64,000 nt of DNA from NCBI GenBank assembly GCA_036785375.1, contig JAWMAR010000201.1, positions 1,922,001 to 1,986,000 on the forward strand, written 5' to 3'. Under the pieces are notes generated by a model. The model was not told where the DNA came from. It did no database searches and worked only from the letters and a program-made list of their open reading frames with translations. A program made the position numbers and the translations under genes. This DNA comes from Leucoraja ocellata. Taxonomy: Eukaryota. How positions within the stretch are numbered: position 1 is the stretch's first letter; every line of letters starts with the position of its first letter. Positions 29,701-44,700 of this stretch are shown here, one piece after another.

Positions 29701-32700
29701 CCTGGATGACAAAATAATGACGAAGTTCCCAATTAATATTATTGTGCGTAATCTTGGGCACCATATCTCAGGAAGGATGTGCTGGCTCCGGAGAGGAGGT
29801 TTACACGAATAATACCAGAATGAGTAGGTTAAACTATAGTGAGCGTTTGTCGGCACTGGGCCTGTACTCGCTGGTGTTCAAAAGAATGAGTGGGGACCTC
29901 TTTGAAACATACATTATAGTGAAATGCTTCGATAGAATGGATGTGGAGAGGATATTTCCACTAGGGGGGTAGTCTAGGACTCGAGGTCATAGCGTCAATA
30001 TTAAAAGTATTTATTTTAGGAAGGAGAAGATAAGACATTTATTTAGTCAGAGGGTGGTGAATCTATGGAATGCTGTGCCGCGGAAGGCGGTGGAGGTCAA
30101 GTCAGTGGATATTTTTAAGGCTGAGATCGATAGATTTTTGATTAGTACAGGTGTCAGAGGTATGTGGAGAATGCAGGAGAATGGGGTTAGTACGAAAATA
30201 TAGATCAGCCATGTTTGAGTGGCGGTGTAGAACTGATGGGCCGAATGGTTTAATTCTACTCCTATCACTTGTGACCTTATGATCTGAATACAATGCAGCG
30301 AATTGCCCAGTATCAATTTCTGCATAATTATCACCAGCATGCTTAAACGTTGACGCTGATGCAGACGTGTTCTGTTTTGCTATGCAGAGCGCTTCCCACC
30401 GTCTCATCGTTTTACATATAAACAGTCAATAGTGTCTGCAATGAAAACGCTGAGCGGTTGGAGAATAAGGAAATAGAGGGGCGGAGAACGGAGGTAAACG
30501 CGTTGTTTCGCATATTCCTGAGAAAGGCACTACAGCTTCACGACTTTAAACGTAACCGCACTATTTCATTAATTGCTCTTCTCCACAATAACATTCCGTT
30601 AAAGGGAAATGTCTGCCCGGGCGTAATCACAACACTTCAAAATAAATGTTCGAAATGAAGAAGTTAAACAAATCAAAACAATTGCATAAGCCATCCGTCC
30701 TCAGTTCGATCCTGCCTGTGCATAAACACTATTTGTTCTGAAATGTTAAGACACGCGCGGGAGCTACATTATTACTAGAGAGAAAATGAACTTGCTGCAA
30801 AACTGCATGTTGACGGTAATGTAATCAGAACATTCGACTTTCTATTCGAAAGTCGAAAGCGTTCATAACCATTCAATGTCCCAATCCCATCGATTCATTT
30901 AAAGCGCTTGACTCAATGAGGCGGAATTGCATCAGCTATTATAACACAGGGACGTTGGGTCTTGTTACGTGTAGGTTCCGCCGAAGATGAGCCGTTGACG
31001 CTGAAACGAAGAACAATGTTAAAACAAAGGAAGATTAGGTTCATTAAAAACGACTGGGGGAGGAGCAAGGGGGGGGGGGGGGGGGGGGTCAGCAGTCACA
31101 TGACTCTTCAATCTCAATTTCGCATTACGTGTTTTCGGTGCTCCCTATTTATTTAACACTGTCTATTTGGATAAATTTAAAAAATCTTCACCTCGCTTGC
31201 TTCTATTTGCAGAATATGATTTGGAGAGTAAAGATGCAGGTAACAGAGTTAATATCTTTCGATATTCTCGCAGCAAAATACAATTGTACTGATTAGATAT
31301 GGCACTTCCAGACATTGTACCAGGCACATAAATGTGGGGACGACTGTGTCTAGTAAGATATTGTGCACGGTCTCCTGTCTCTCTTTCGCCGCGCCAATAT
31401 CTACTAGGCACGATTCCCGAATGCAATTTAACGGACATTGAATGATTCCAGCAAGGCAATGCCAGAGAAGATTGACAATTTAAAGTAAAACTCCAGCACT
31501 ACGTTGATAGCCATAACCATTAATTTTACCTCGCATTGCACTACCTAAGTGCAACGTGTATCATTCAGAAACTATATTATAATTTACTTGCCACACCTGT
31601 AGATTGCCGAAACCCCCCAAAATTCTGCCAAAACGTAAGGCGAAATGTATATTCCGTGTCACATATGAATGTATATTCCGTGTCACATATGAATGTATAT
31701 TCCGTGTCACATATGATTCCGACCAACAACTATGTCAGCAATCCTTTGTAATCCTTTGAACCACCGATACTCCATGGCCAACGGCATTTTGTAAGCGGTT
31801 TTCTGAAAAGGATTTGTTTCGCTTATTTAGCGAGGTTAAGTTCAGCGAGGTACAGTGAAAAACTCTGTTGTGTACCATCCACTCAGGAGAAAGACTATAC
31901 ATAATTAAAATCAAGCCGTCCACATTGTGCAGATAAAATGATAATGGGCACAACGTTTAGTTCGAGGTAAAGTCAGATTAAAAATAGTTTCAATGTCCCC
32001 AAAGATGTAGATGGGAGGCCAGTATCTCTCACTAGCTGGCGAGAGGACAGGTGAGTTGCCTGATAACAGCTGGGAAGGGAATGTCTCTAAACCTGGAGTT
32101 GTTCGTTTTAAAACTTCTTCAGCTGAAGCCTGAAAGGATATGGGAGAATAGGGAGTGATCGGGGGAGACAGGTGAGATAAGCTTGGTTGGGATAATGGTA
32201 TTGAACGCAGAGCTCTATACTATGAATAGAATTTTTACATAAGTGTCCTTGTTATGCACGTGTTCCAAAGGATGAGTGTAGGGCCAGGAAGATAGCATTA
32301 GCCGTGAACCTGCTGTGGCATAGGCACATTTCAGTCAATCAAGGCCTTCAGATGGGAGTGAGCATCACAGTTTAACCATGGCTTCCGGTTGGGTAACACC
32401 TAGGATTCAATGTGTTCCAAAAGCAACCTTTCGAAGCACTTGATGATGGTGCATATCAAGGCCACTGTGCGGTTTGCATTAAGCCATGAAATCGTGCTTT
32501 TGTTTGGCACTAGATTAACTGTCTTGATGCAGTTGGGTACTTCCGAATGGAGTAGTGAAGGATTAAACACTACTAGTTGCTCCGGGCATTTCCCGAGGAA
32601 CTGCATCCGGCCAGTGGCTTTCTGTGGGTTCACTCCCAGGAGGCCGATCGAACTTCTGCAATAGTGCCCCTGGGAAAATACATATTGGAGTCTGATGGGA

Positions 32701-35700
32701 GAACTGTCTTTGGCCCTCTGCTCAAAGTGCGAATATAATGCATTATATTCATAAGGGAGGGTTGCACTATCACCATCGATGCTGCCTGACCTCGTTTTTC
32801 AGACAGTTATAGTATTCAGGCCTTGGCACCGCTTGGCACCATACTGAGGCTCAGGTTTGTCCCGGTATTGTCTCTGGAGAGCAGGAACGGATAACGTATG
32901 CTGCCTGTCACCAGCATGTTGTGCACCCGTTCATTCTCTCCAGAAATGTTCCCTGGCCCGTTGAGTTATTCCAGCATTTTGTGTCTATCATCGTTTCAAA
33001 CCAGCATCTGCAGTTCTTTCCTACACACACCGTCCCCGCAAGTACAGACGAAGTTAGTCACGGAATACCTATTCAGTTTGGCCACCGATTCTCTGAGCAT
33101 TGAACGCTCAACTGACTTACATCATTCGAGGACGATGTTTGTTTTGCAGACCAGCATTGTCCGGACTTCTGCTCCGGATCTTCCCGCGTTAGTTCTTTTT
33201 TTGCTGGCAGGGAGCAAAAATACAACGAGCAGATCAGATTTGCCGAAAAGTGGCCGGGACGAGGAGAGGTAGGAGAGGTAGGACAAGGGACGCATCTAAC
33301 CATTGTTTTTTTATGAAAGTGTAGCAGTGGTCGAGGATGTTCTGGTCCCTGGGGGGTCAAGAGACATGTTGATAGTATTTTGGTAATAAGTTCTTGAGGT
33401 TGGCTTGAATGAGGTTGCCGTCTACAATGTCCAGGGCTTCGGGGTGTTTTGTCTCAAGGCTATTGGTAACGGAGTATATAGTTAATTCTCAGGATTAGGT
33501 TAACGTCAGGATGGGTAGGAATGTAGACTGCTGTCTGGATAGCTGAGGTTAATTCCCGCGGCATGACTTGTGTTCTAGCTTTAAATAAGGTGACATCATT
33601 GCTTTCAGCAGGGCGAATAAGAATGCTAAAGGTCCGCTGGACTCCCAGCGTACATGTCCTTCTGTAAAGTACAAAATAATCCGAAGCATCGGAAAACAGA
33701 GAAATAAGTAAGAGCACAATGCTTCTATAAAGCGCCCAAACTTGGCGGGGGTTGGGGAAGATGCTTCATGGAAATGGCAACTTACTTACATGAACAGGTG
33801 GGTGCACAATGTATGAATGTTTGGTGAAATAATGCTCCATGCCGTTACTACCAATGTTTAAGCGTAAATATATGTTATACTTAATGTCCATAAGATGAAA
33901 CATATGATGAAATGAAAAGCATCTGATGACAATTTAAGAGAAAATTATTGAACTTCTAATGGCATTAAAAAAATACGGGTTTTATGTTTGTTTAGAACTA
34001 GTCAAACTGAAGAAAGCGTTGCTGCTTTCAGGTAAGGCACGAACGGGTGGTATGTTCTTACTTTTTGAATAACACGAATCATGAAAATAGATAAAAAATC
34101 CCTTGATTCCATTTTCTAAGATTCTAACATTGCTTGCCATTTGATATAATACCAATTAGCTGATACGTCCATTATTAATTAAAGATTAAAGTTAATATGG
34201 ATTTGACGCATATCATTCCAAGAAATGAGTATAAACATAGGCCAATGCTTCCCCAGGGAATTTGTTTGGAATAGTAGGAAAGCAGAGACATGCCTACTGT
34301 CAACTAAATCAACCATATCAGATATTCATGAGAGATGTACTTATACTATTTGAAGAAGAAACGTCCTCGATGCTATGGTTCTTTCGTCGTATTAGTGAAA
34401 CGTATGTGGTGATTATGATGTAGTTGAAACTGATGGAAAATCTATTGTTAGAACTTGCAAAATATACATCTGAAGATTATATTTAGCTGCAAAGTCTAAA
34501 TTACAATTAAAACACAAAGTACTTGTGCTATAATTCCAAGATAAACGCTCAACTAAGAAAGATCAAGGCCAAAGTATTATCTAACTATCCAACTAAATAT
34601 ATCAACTTATAATAAATAACACAGTATGCAAAAACAGCTACCTACGCATTAACTAGCTCTTAAACAAAACTAATCCTGTAGATGCAAGTATATCATTGGG
34701 GTTATCAAGTGGGTACCTCTCTTCACTGAGAAATACTAGTTATACATCCTGACAAAATATGCTTCAACGTTGACACTTCTGAACACAAGGGACGCATCTA
34801 ACCATTGTTTGAGGTTCTACGGTGATGCCAGCACATCATAAATAGCCCTCATAAGGAAACTTGCATGACCCGCATCCATGGACCGCAGGTCCATCCTGTT
34901 AAACCTCATCTTGTTTACACTTGCCCAATTCATCCACTGTCCCTGCTTAACATGAGCTACTTCCCTTAAACATGCCATTGCTTCCTCCTGACGACGTACC
35001 CGCTCTACAACCAATGTCCTCCTTTCTGTTGGATCTGCTGTACTCCGCACTGGTTTCCCTGTGCTGAGCCTGAAGTCTCCTTTCCCTCGCTTTATCCTAT
35101 CAACAATGACTTCCCCTCAGTGCTGCTTGTGCTCCTTCTACTGGCTGCGTTGAGTTCTACTTCCCTCCTCTAGTTACACATGCACCAGATTACTGTCTAA
35201 TGTAACCGTGCTCCCTGAAAATTGCAACTCCACCCTCACCATAGCATGCTTAAACTGCTCTGTTAGGCTGGGCAATGATACATGGGGAATTCCTTCCCCA
35301 TACAGACAATAGGTGCAGGAGTGGGCCATTCGGCCCTTCGAGCCAGCACAGCCATTTAATGTGATCATGGCTGATCATCCCCAATCAGTACCCCGATCCT
35401 GCCTTCCCATATCTTCCGACTCCGCAAAGAATGAACCATTTATTACTCATCTGCGTTAATTTTAACCGGTGTGTTCCCTGCTAAATTTGTTTAAAAAAAT
35501 TAACATGGGATTTTACCCCAAAAAATGGGAATGGATATATTTTTATTCGATTTTGCTGTGCAAATCCATCGTTTCTTGTATAAGAACGAAACCAATGCAG
35601 TCGATTTTTCTGAAATACATTATTGTGAATTGTCAGGAATTGCAAATACTTCTTTCATAACTACAGGAAAATGGAGAGAGTAAAAACAACTAAATTAACT

Positions 35701-38700
35701 ATCAGGATAACAGAAGAAAGAAAAACACGTATCTCATATCATTTATAACAGAAAATAAGAGCATTCTGTCTGTGATATCTAGATTAGTTCAGCATTGTAT
35801 CAGCTCTATTCCCATAGTTGATTCCCTTGCACACCGCCGAATCTTAATTGAACTTTCTGCTTTTGGTTGAAATGAGGAACAACGCAAACTGCCGAATAAA
35901 TCTCTTGGCCTTTAGGATGGGAGAAACAGAGTAGGCGAATATAATACAGCGACGACTTCAACGACTTGACGGATCTGTTTCCCTTTTGGTATTTTATTTT
36001 GTTCATTTAAATGTTCTGTTCCCTTAGATATTAATAAGAGGAGCTACGTGGACGGTAAGTACATATTCGTGGAAAAGTAACGAACCCCTAGTTCCTTTAA
36101 GTTTGATAAGGCAACAGACTGCGTTTTTCCAACCCGTAGGCGCTTCTAGATGTTTTTTTAATGAAACGCGCATGCGGGACGTACGTACCTGACTACCGTG
36201 AACATGCTGCAGTCATGCGGCCTCTTATCAAACAATCCCTTTCAGGATGCTCGAAACAAAAAAGTGATCAATTGTTGTTTCCATGTTCTTCATGGTCATA
36301 TCCAAATGCTATCGCATGAGTTAGCAGATTTCTTCCAAGAGAATATATTTTCTCCACAAATGGAGGCCCATCGACGAATTTAATCTTTGCAGCCTCTCCG
36401 AAAAATATCCCTTAAGTGCCCTTTCCACATATTATTCCACTGCAACATATCCTCTCACGCGTGCCATCAAGTACACCCCCACCACTTTAAATAACCAGCT
36501 ATCCCATTGTGCAAATTTGCAGTAGCCCACTTGCATAGCAACCTGCATGTCTTTGGGATATGGGCGGAATCAAGAATATTAGAGGTAACCCACGCGATCA
36601 CAGACAGTATACGCATAATTCACAAGCAAAAATTCGGAAATCTTGATTGAAACGTGATATGATTTTATTGATATTAAAGCATTTCAGCTAATGTACCACC
36701 ACTAGTGTTGGTAGAAATGGCCTATACAACACTTGGTCTATAAAATAATAGCGAATAAAATGGAGGTTGAGGGAACGCGGATGGGCACTCGACATTGTTG
36801 CCATTCAGCGCGGCGGTAGATATGTCTGTCCTGCCATTGCCAATGGTCCGTTGTTCACTCGAAGAATCAGGGAATCAGAATGGTACAGTGCATCTCCGCC
36901 ATCTCAATCAAAGATTGTAGGAAGAACCAACTCTTCACTAATGTTCAAAATGAGCGAACGTTTTGCAGATGAAAACTTATCTTCGATTAAAGCCAAAATC
37001 AGTGAACCTTTATCCGGAGACCTAAAGCCAACTGTCCTTTTGAAGTTATTCTTACCGTTCCTCTGTCAATTGTTTCTAATGGAAACATCTTCTCCATATC
37101 CAATCTGTCCACGCCTTTCATAATACCAAACATTTCTCTGGCTTACCCTCATCTTTCTAAACAGCAGAGAGTACAGGCCCAGAGCCGTCAAACGCTCACC
37201 ATGCGTTAACACAATCATACGGAATCTTTCTCGTAAACGTCTTCGGGACCCTCTCCAACACCAGCGTGTCCTGCCCAGATTTGGGCCCCAAAACTGCTCA
37301 CAATGCTTCAAATGCCGTCTAGCCAGTGCCAGCATCCTTGGTTTTATATTCTAGCCTCTCAAATTGAATGCCACCTTCGCGTTTGCCTTCCTTACTACCG
37401 ATTTAACCTGCAAATTAATATTTTGCGACTCCTGCACCAGCACTCCCAAGTGTCTTTGCAGCTCCGATTTCCGAATCCTTTTCACATCTAGAATATAGAC
37501 TACGCCATTCCTATTACCTGTCCATAACTACACACTTTGCCACGCTGTATTTAATCTGCCATTGCATTGCCCACTCTCGCAAAATGCCGAAGTCATTCTG
37601 CAGACTCACTGCTTCATCTGCATTACCTGCCCCTCAACCCATCCTCGTGCCATCAACTCCATCACCTAAATCATTGATAAACATCGTGAAATGTAGCGGA
37701 CCGAACATTAACCCTTACAGAACACCAGTAGTCATAGGCACCCAATCGAATAAGCTCCCTTTATTCACACTCTTTGCCGTCTGCCATGTTGTCAATCTTC
37801 TCTCCATGCTATTACTCCAAAATACCATAGGTTCTCATCCTGCTCTATGGCCTCACGTGCGGTCGTTTATAAAAGGACTGAAAATCAAAATAAATAACAT
37901 CCGCTGATACCCCTTTGTGTATGCTGCTATTTACTTCCTCGAAAATATCCAACAGATTAGTCGGGCAAGATCCCTCCAGCTTGTCTCTCGTCCCATTGAA
38001 GATACGTCTGCTCCAATTGTAAATGTTCACTTTAGATTGTCACAAAATGAAGCAAATGTTAAAAGCAGAGGCGTCAGGTAACGTTCAAAGGCGCGCTTCT
38101 ATGCGTACGCGTACTCTTGTCAGCGAAGACCATCACATACGTGCAAATGCCAGGTAAAAATCAAGGGCATTTTAGCATGTATTTTGAGAGGATTTGAATA
38201 CAAGACCAAGCAAGTGACACGGTGGTGTATGTGATTTTGATGAGACCATAACTGGATCGTTATGGAACTTTACATAATGAGGCATATAGCCGTGGAGGGA
38301 GTTCAAAAACCATTCACTCATTTGATTTCAGGGATAATGGGTTTGCCGAATGAGGAGATATTAACTTGACACAAACATCATTTCCTGGATTTAGGAGAGC
38401 TAGACAACATTTCAAGACCAAAGTTATTTCAGGGCTTGGCATGCTTAATCCAGATACACTTCTTTCTCTGATTTATGTGTCTAAACCCCATGGACCACTT
38501 TTTACGAATAGAGGAATCTCTGTTTAGGTCTGAAATAAGATGACACGTATTCACTCAGTCTGCGAAATTCTTTCTTCTGGAGTGTTAGGGAATTTCAATT
38601 CGTGCATCTGAACAAAACATTGATCAATATTTTTTGAACAGCATGTGTTATGTGAAAGTGTTGGGAAATGATGATACCAAAATATTAATAGCAGATGACA

Positions 38701-41700
38701 CTTAATAGAAGGTTTGCAGGCCTATTTCTACCATTCCTCGCGTGCTTTCGCCTGCAGTGGGATCATGCGAAAGGCAAATGTTTCCACAATGTGTAATATA
38801 TTTTAGAATAGCACTGAGAATCATAAACCATACCGACATCTGGTAGTTTCAGTTTAATTTAGGGGTTTCGAGGCCTTTCCTGTTGTAGACAAGTATTCCT
38901 CGTATTAATCCAGAATAATATTCGAAATCGTATTTCTTAAGTTATCGCTTGAATTCACTTTGCAGATGAAGAATTGCGTGAAAAGGATGCAGGTATGGTA
39001 TTCTCGTGGTGGCGCTGTCGGCGATGGCAGTCTGTCGGTATTTTCGTAGTTTTTGTTAGCTTTAGTCTGTTTTAACAATATGTGATAATGTTCACTGGTT
39101 TCTTTTATGTGGGGGGTGGGGGTCGGGGAAAACCTTTTTCAATCTCTTACCTTGCCAGAGATGCGATTGTTTTCCGTATCGATGCTAGGTTCCTCTGCGG
39201 CCTAACATCATGGAGCAGGCGGCCTAGCTCGAGACTGACTTTGAGCTCCACCGCGGGTCCATGCACTTACCATCGGAGCCTGTGATCCCTTGCCTGGGAT
39301 TGACACTCCAAACGCGGCCTGTGGATTTCAACATCGAGGAGCTTGCAGTCTCGGGTAGAGAATGATGTTGAGAAGTGACGAAGATGCGGGTGGGCGTTCC
39401 ATTGGTATCCTGGATCACCAGCTATCTGACTGGCCGACCTCAAAGTATGACAGACTGCAGAATTGTGTCATGGTAGCGAGCAACACAGGGACCCCGATGG
39501 GGACGGTTTTCTCTCCCTTCCTGTTCACCATCTACCCCTGGACTTCATATACAACTCGGCCTCCTGCCAACTATAGACGTTTTCGGATGACTGTGCAATT
39601 GTGGGCTGCATCAGTGAGGAGAGGGAAGCTGAATACAGAGGTGTAGTCAATTACTTTGGTGAATGGTGTGGGCTAAATCATGTCCATTGACAATACTAAG
39701 GAGTTGGTGCTGGATTTTAGGAGTAGAGGAACACCCCTGCCTCTGTTTCCATCAAGGGTGTAGATGTACAGTTTACCATGCAGTGCAGTACCTTGAAATT
39801 TAGCTGGACAGTAGACTAGACTGGTCCAGTAATGCTTAGTGCAGTGCAGAAGAAGGGACAGAACCGTCTGTACCTTCTAAGGAGGCCCCGTCCCTTTAAC
39901 GTCAGCAGTGAGATGCTGCAGATGTTCTATCAATCGGTGGTGGCCAGTGCAATCTTCTAAGTTGTCATGTGCTAGGGTGACAGGGCGAAGGCCGCGGACG
40001 GTAACATAATCAACAGGCTCATCAGGAAGGCTGGCTCCGTTCTGCGAATGGAGTTGGATTAATTGGAGGAGGTCTTGCAGGGGATATAATTAAGTGAAAA
40101 GGGAGTTGTCAGTGACAATAATTCAATGTTAAGATACCGATTAAATGGATTTAGCTCACGGTTGCGTTAACTTAGATAGAGTTAGGAAAGGCCACAAAAT
40201 GCCGGGAAGAGGTCTAGATACGACAGCGTGAGGAACACATAGATACTACCAAACTACAGAAAAAAAAATGCAGCTTATATACTTCTGGATGACGAGTTTT
40301 ATTGGATATCACCAAAATGAAACGAGGCGCATTTGTTGTGTTTGGAATATATACCGGTAATTGAAATAAAACCACATGTCACTGTTGAATTAGACAAGAC
40401 ATCAAACTAAGGCCTGAGTGGTCATCTTATGTTCTAAATTCATTCTTAATCCACGATTCTTTCCAATTTAGAAATCACAGCGTTGAAAAGAAAGCTGCAA
40501 GAAACAGGTCAGGAGAAAGAAATGCTAATATTTTCAATCATCAATGTATATATACACAATATACAAACTCGTCAATATAAACACAACAGAAGTTCACCTC
40601 CATGGTTTGTTAGATAAGTAAAAACAAACATTACGTACGCTCTGCAAAAGTAAGCGTTTCAACTCCGTCATTCAAGTGAATTGGTGTGGGAGATTCTGAA
40701 AGCGTGCGCAAAATACTCCAGTCAGTTAGCCCGCACAGGTTTTGCGAAGGCGACCAAGCACACCGTCAGGTCCCGCGGTGCAATTTCATGAAAAATCTTC
40801 TGACATCGGCCTCGGTGATTGAGATTACAATGTGATCGAGAACTATGGGGACCAGAGCAGGACATCAGTGTGCTTCTTTTCAATGTGCGTTCATTGAGCT
40901 CACCTGAGAATGATGCTCCAGTGTCATGTAAGATAGCATTTAGTTTCGCCTTGTAAGAGCTGATGATGTGCATGTGCCGTGATTGCCAAACGTTCGTCCC
41001 ATCCTTCAATGTAGAGTGAAAATATCTATGAATCTTTTTAATGGCCTTGTCAAGGTGGTAACTGGAAGTCCTACGTGAATCTGCATCGCCAGAATTGAAT
41101 TCCAAAGATCTAGTCCTTAGACGATTGCGGACCTGGTCCATTCAAGGTTTGCGGTTGGGTAACACTCGGGTGGGTTAGGAGACCACCCCCACACACTTCC
41201 TCGTGCAATCTTCTCCACGCACTTCCTTATGAAGTCGGTAACAACCGTGACGCATTCGGTCTGGTCCGTTCCGGAGTCTTTGCATTTCGCCAGTCTACCG
41301 AATCGAAATAAACCCGAAGCAATTCTTCCGTCTATGACCGGCTCTGGGCAGTCCTCGCAGCTGAAGCTGCGCCTCTTCAATCGCTGCCCCTGTATTCACG
41401 AGGAAGCAGCAGAGGCAGGTGTTCAGACTTCCCAAAGTGAGTGCGAAGGATGGAACGTTAGGTATCTTTAATGGTGGAATAACTATGATGCAGGGCGCTT
41501 CATTTCTAGGTACTGGGGAACTTGTTGCATATGAACATATGTAACCATATAATATTACCTTGAGCGTAGCCGAGACCACAAGTGAAGATTTCCGTTTTAC
41601 GATTTTGGACATTTTGCCGGCAACTTGATTGGCTTGCTGTCGAGAGAGCACACTGAAGTTTCACCATGTCTGTGGAGACAGTAGAATGGCGTTGAGAGGA

Positions 41701-44700
41701 AAAGGTAGATCAGCCATGATTTAATGGCTGAGTAGACTCGATGGGATGAATGGCCAAATTCTGCTCATAGGACTTCCGACATGAATAAAATAAGCTGCAG
41801 GGAGGTTTGTTGAGTTATGATGGCCGTGGGAGATTAAACGTTGGGTGACCATATGGGTAAACTATAAACGCGGATATCTGTTCAAAGTTAGATCCTGGGA
41901 ATATAGAAAAAATAATATTATTTTGAAACACCTGGAGTTGCAAAATAGACCTGGTTTGGAAGTGTGATTTGAAGGCAGGTGAAGCGATGTTCTGTTATTA
42001 AATTAATGGATCTCTTGCAAATCTCACGACAATGTAATGGAACAATATTTAAACATAAATAAATAAACAAATATAATTAAATTACCGTTGACACTCCATT
42101 AGTGTAGAAGAAGTGCAGCATTGAAGCAGGTCACAGGGTAAAATAATTGACACAAGTGTATAAGCACATATTGCTCACTAATTTTCAACATGCGGCGTGA
42201 CTGACTGTCCACGCTCAGTGCGAACACGCAGCATGACACGCTCTGACACGAATTGCCAAGCAACTTTTATATTCTTTTAAACAATACATTGAAAACTATT
42301 GAGTAAAATTCTCCCAAATGTACTTAATATTCTGCAGGGGAATCTATTGTATTTCACCTGATACCTAATGACTTTGTGTATTAACAGAGGAAAAAATGCG
42401 TCTGGGCAAAGGAGGTAAATTACTTCGGCGATGTATTTCACGATACCGGGCAACGGGTATTTCTCTGACAGTTCGAGGAGGAGGAAGAAGGACATTATTC
42501 CGGAAATCTATGCAAACAGTAAACACAGAACTTACGACGCTCACCTTTTTGTGACCTTCACAACGAGTGGCATGTGCAGAATTATAAAGCAAAATGTACA
42601 ATGAATTCTTCTCCATATGTATACCAAAAGTACAATAAGGCGTTTTACTTTCATCTATGAATTTGGCTTGTTAAAATAAGATTATGATTCCGTCTTTTGT
42701 CACCCTTTGCAGTTATGTAGCAATATTCGACATAGGTATAGATTTTCATTGTTCGCGCTATGACATTCCCAGTCAATATTGCTAAACTAAAAATCCCCTG
42801 TTATGACAACCTTATTAGACATTTGCTCTTTTAACTTCCAATGACTATTTGATGCCCTGAAGTACACCCCGAAAAAGGTGATCTTCCCTTTCTTGTTCCT
42901 CAGATCCATCGCATAGTGTCACGAGCCGAACAGTTCGTAATGTCCCGTCTGACAACTGGTGTCACATCCACCTTAGCCAATGATGCAACATACCTTCAAC
43001 TTTTACGCTCACATCTGTCTCTTTTGAAGCACTTTTGCACCAAATTTGGGCACCATATTTGAGGAAGGATGTGCTGGCTCTGGAGAGGGTCCAGAGGATG
43101 TTTACAAGAATGATCCCATGAATGAGTAGGTTAACCTGTGGTGAGCGTTTATATGCGCTTGGCCTGTACTCGCTGGCGTTCATAAGAATGAATAATAAAT
43201 TGAGCATTAGAATTTTTACGGGTAATTGAAATTGAACTACATTTTATTGTTTAATTAGACAAGAAATTAATCTAAGGCCCAAGTCGTCATCTTATCCTCA
43301 TCCACGTTTCTTTACAATTTAGAAATCTCAACGTTGAAAAGAAAGCAGCAAGAAACAGGTCAGTTGAAAGAAATGTTAAAACTTTCAATGAATGAGGTAA
43401 ATATAAAACTGAAGTTCACTTATCCGTGGTTGTCGGATATGTAAAAATAAGTATTACTTTTCAATAGACAATAGACAATAGGTGCAGGAGTATGCCATTC
43501 GGCCCTTCGAGCCAGCACCGCCATTCAATGTGATCATGGTAGATCATTCCCAATCAGTACCTCGTTCCTGCCTTCTCCCCATATCACCTAACCGCTATTT
43601 TTAAGAGCAATGTCTAGCTCTCTCTTGAAAGCATCCACATAACACACCCCCACCGCCCTCTGAGGCAGAGAATTCCACACTCACCACTCTCTGTGAGAAA
43701 ACATGTTTCCTCGGCTCCGTTCTAAATGGCTTACTTCTTATTCTTAAGGCTTACTCCTTATTTTCCTTTTCGTTCTGCAAAATTGATCGCTTCAGCTCCA
43801 TTCGGTCATTCAAGTTAATTATTATGGAATGGGTGGAGCGATATTCTCCAGAGACAATTTGCGTATTTTTGTATCTTCCCCCTTCTGCACTTTGTCCAGC
43901 GCAGTTCCTAACCTTCCTGAATTGATGGAGAAACGTAACCGTGCAACGTGTTGAGAACGAGCTGCTGAAATGGCAGAGAACTATTAGGTTCGCACTTCGC
44001 ATGTGTATCGAGAATCGTGCACACGCTGGATGTCAGTTACATTAACATGTGCTCTTTTGCTCCACGCCGTCTTCTTTGCTGAGCACGATTTTATTTTGCC
44101 TCGTGCTGAACGGACATATTATCTATACGATACTCAATTTTACAAGAAAATGACTGTGGCCATTTAAATTTACCATTAAAACATCCACACGGGTTTTGAG
44201 AAGGCGACCAATCACACCATCAGGCCCAGGCGCTTTCCTAGGGTGCAACATCATGAAGGATCTTCTGACATCGGCCTCGTTGACTGAGATTTCAATGCCA
44301 CCCGGGGCTACAGTGGCCTTAGAATTCAAGAAATCCTAGAAATCCGCATTCTAGTTTTCCAAGTGTACATAATACCTTTGAGCTCATCTGGGAATGTGGC
44401 CACACTGTCACATAAGTTGGCACTTGGTTTCGCCTTGTAGGTTGTGATAGTGTCCAAGTACTCTCGTAGATGCCAATCGCCCGTCGCATCCTCCAATTTA
44501 CAATGAAAGCGTCTCATCGTTTCAGATGGCCTTATCGAAGTGTTTCCTGAACCTCTGATATGAATCTCCATCGCCAGACATGAACAACTGAGATTTGGTT
44601 CTCAGTGGATTGCGGACCTGGTTCATCCAAGACGTTTGAAGAACACTTGAATGGATTGGTGGGAGCGCACTTGCCAATATATTTTATTATGAAGTCGGTA

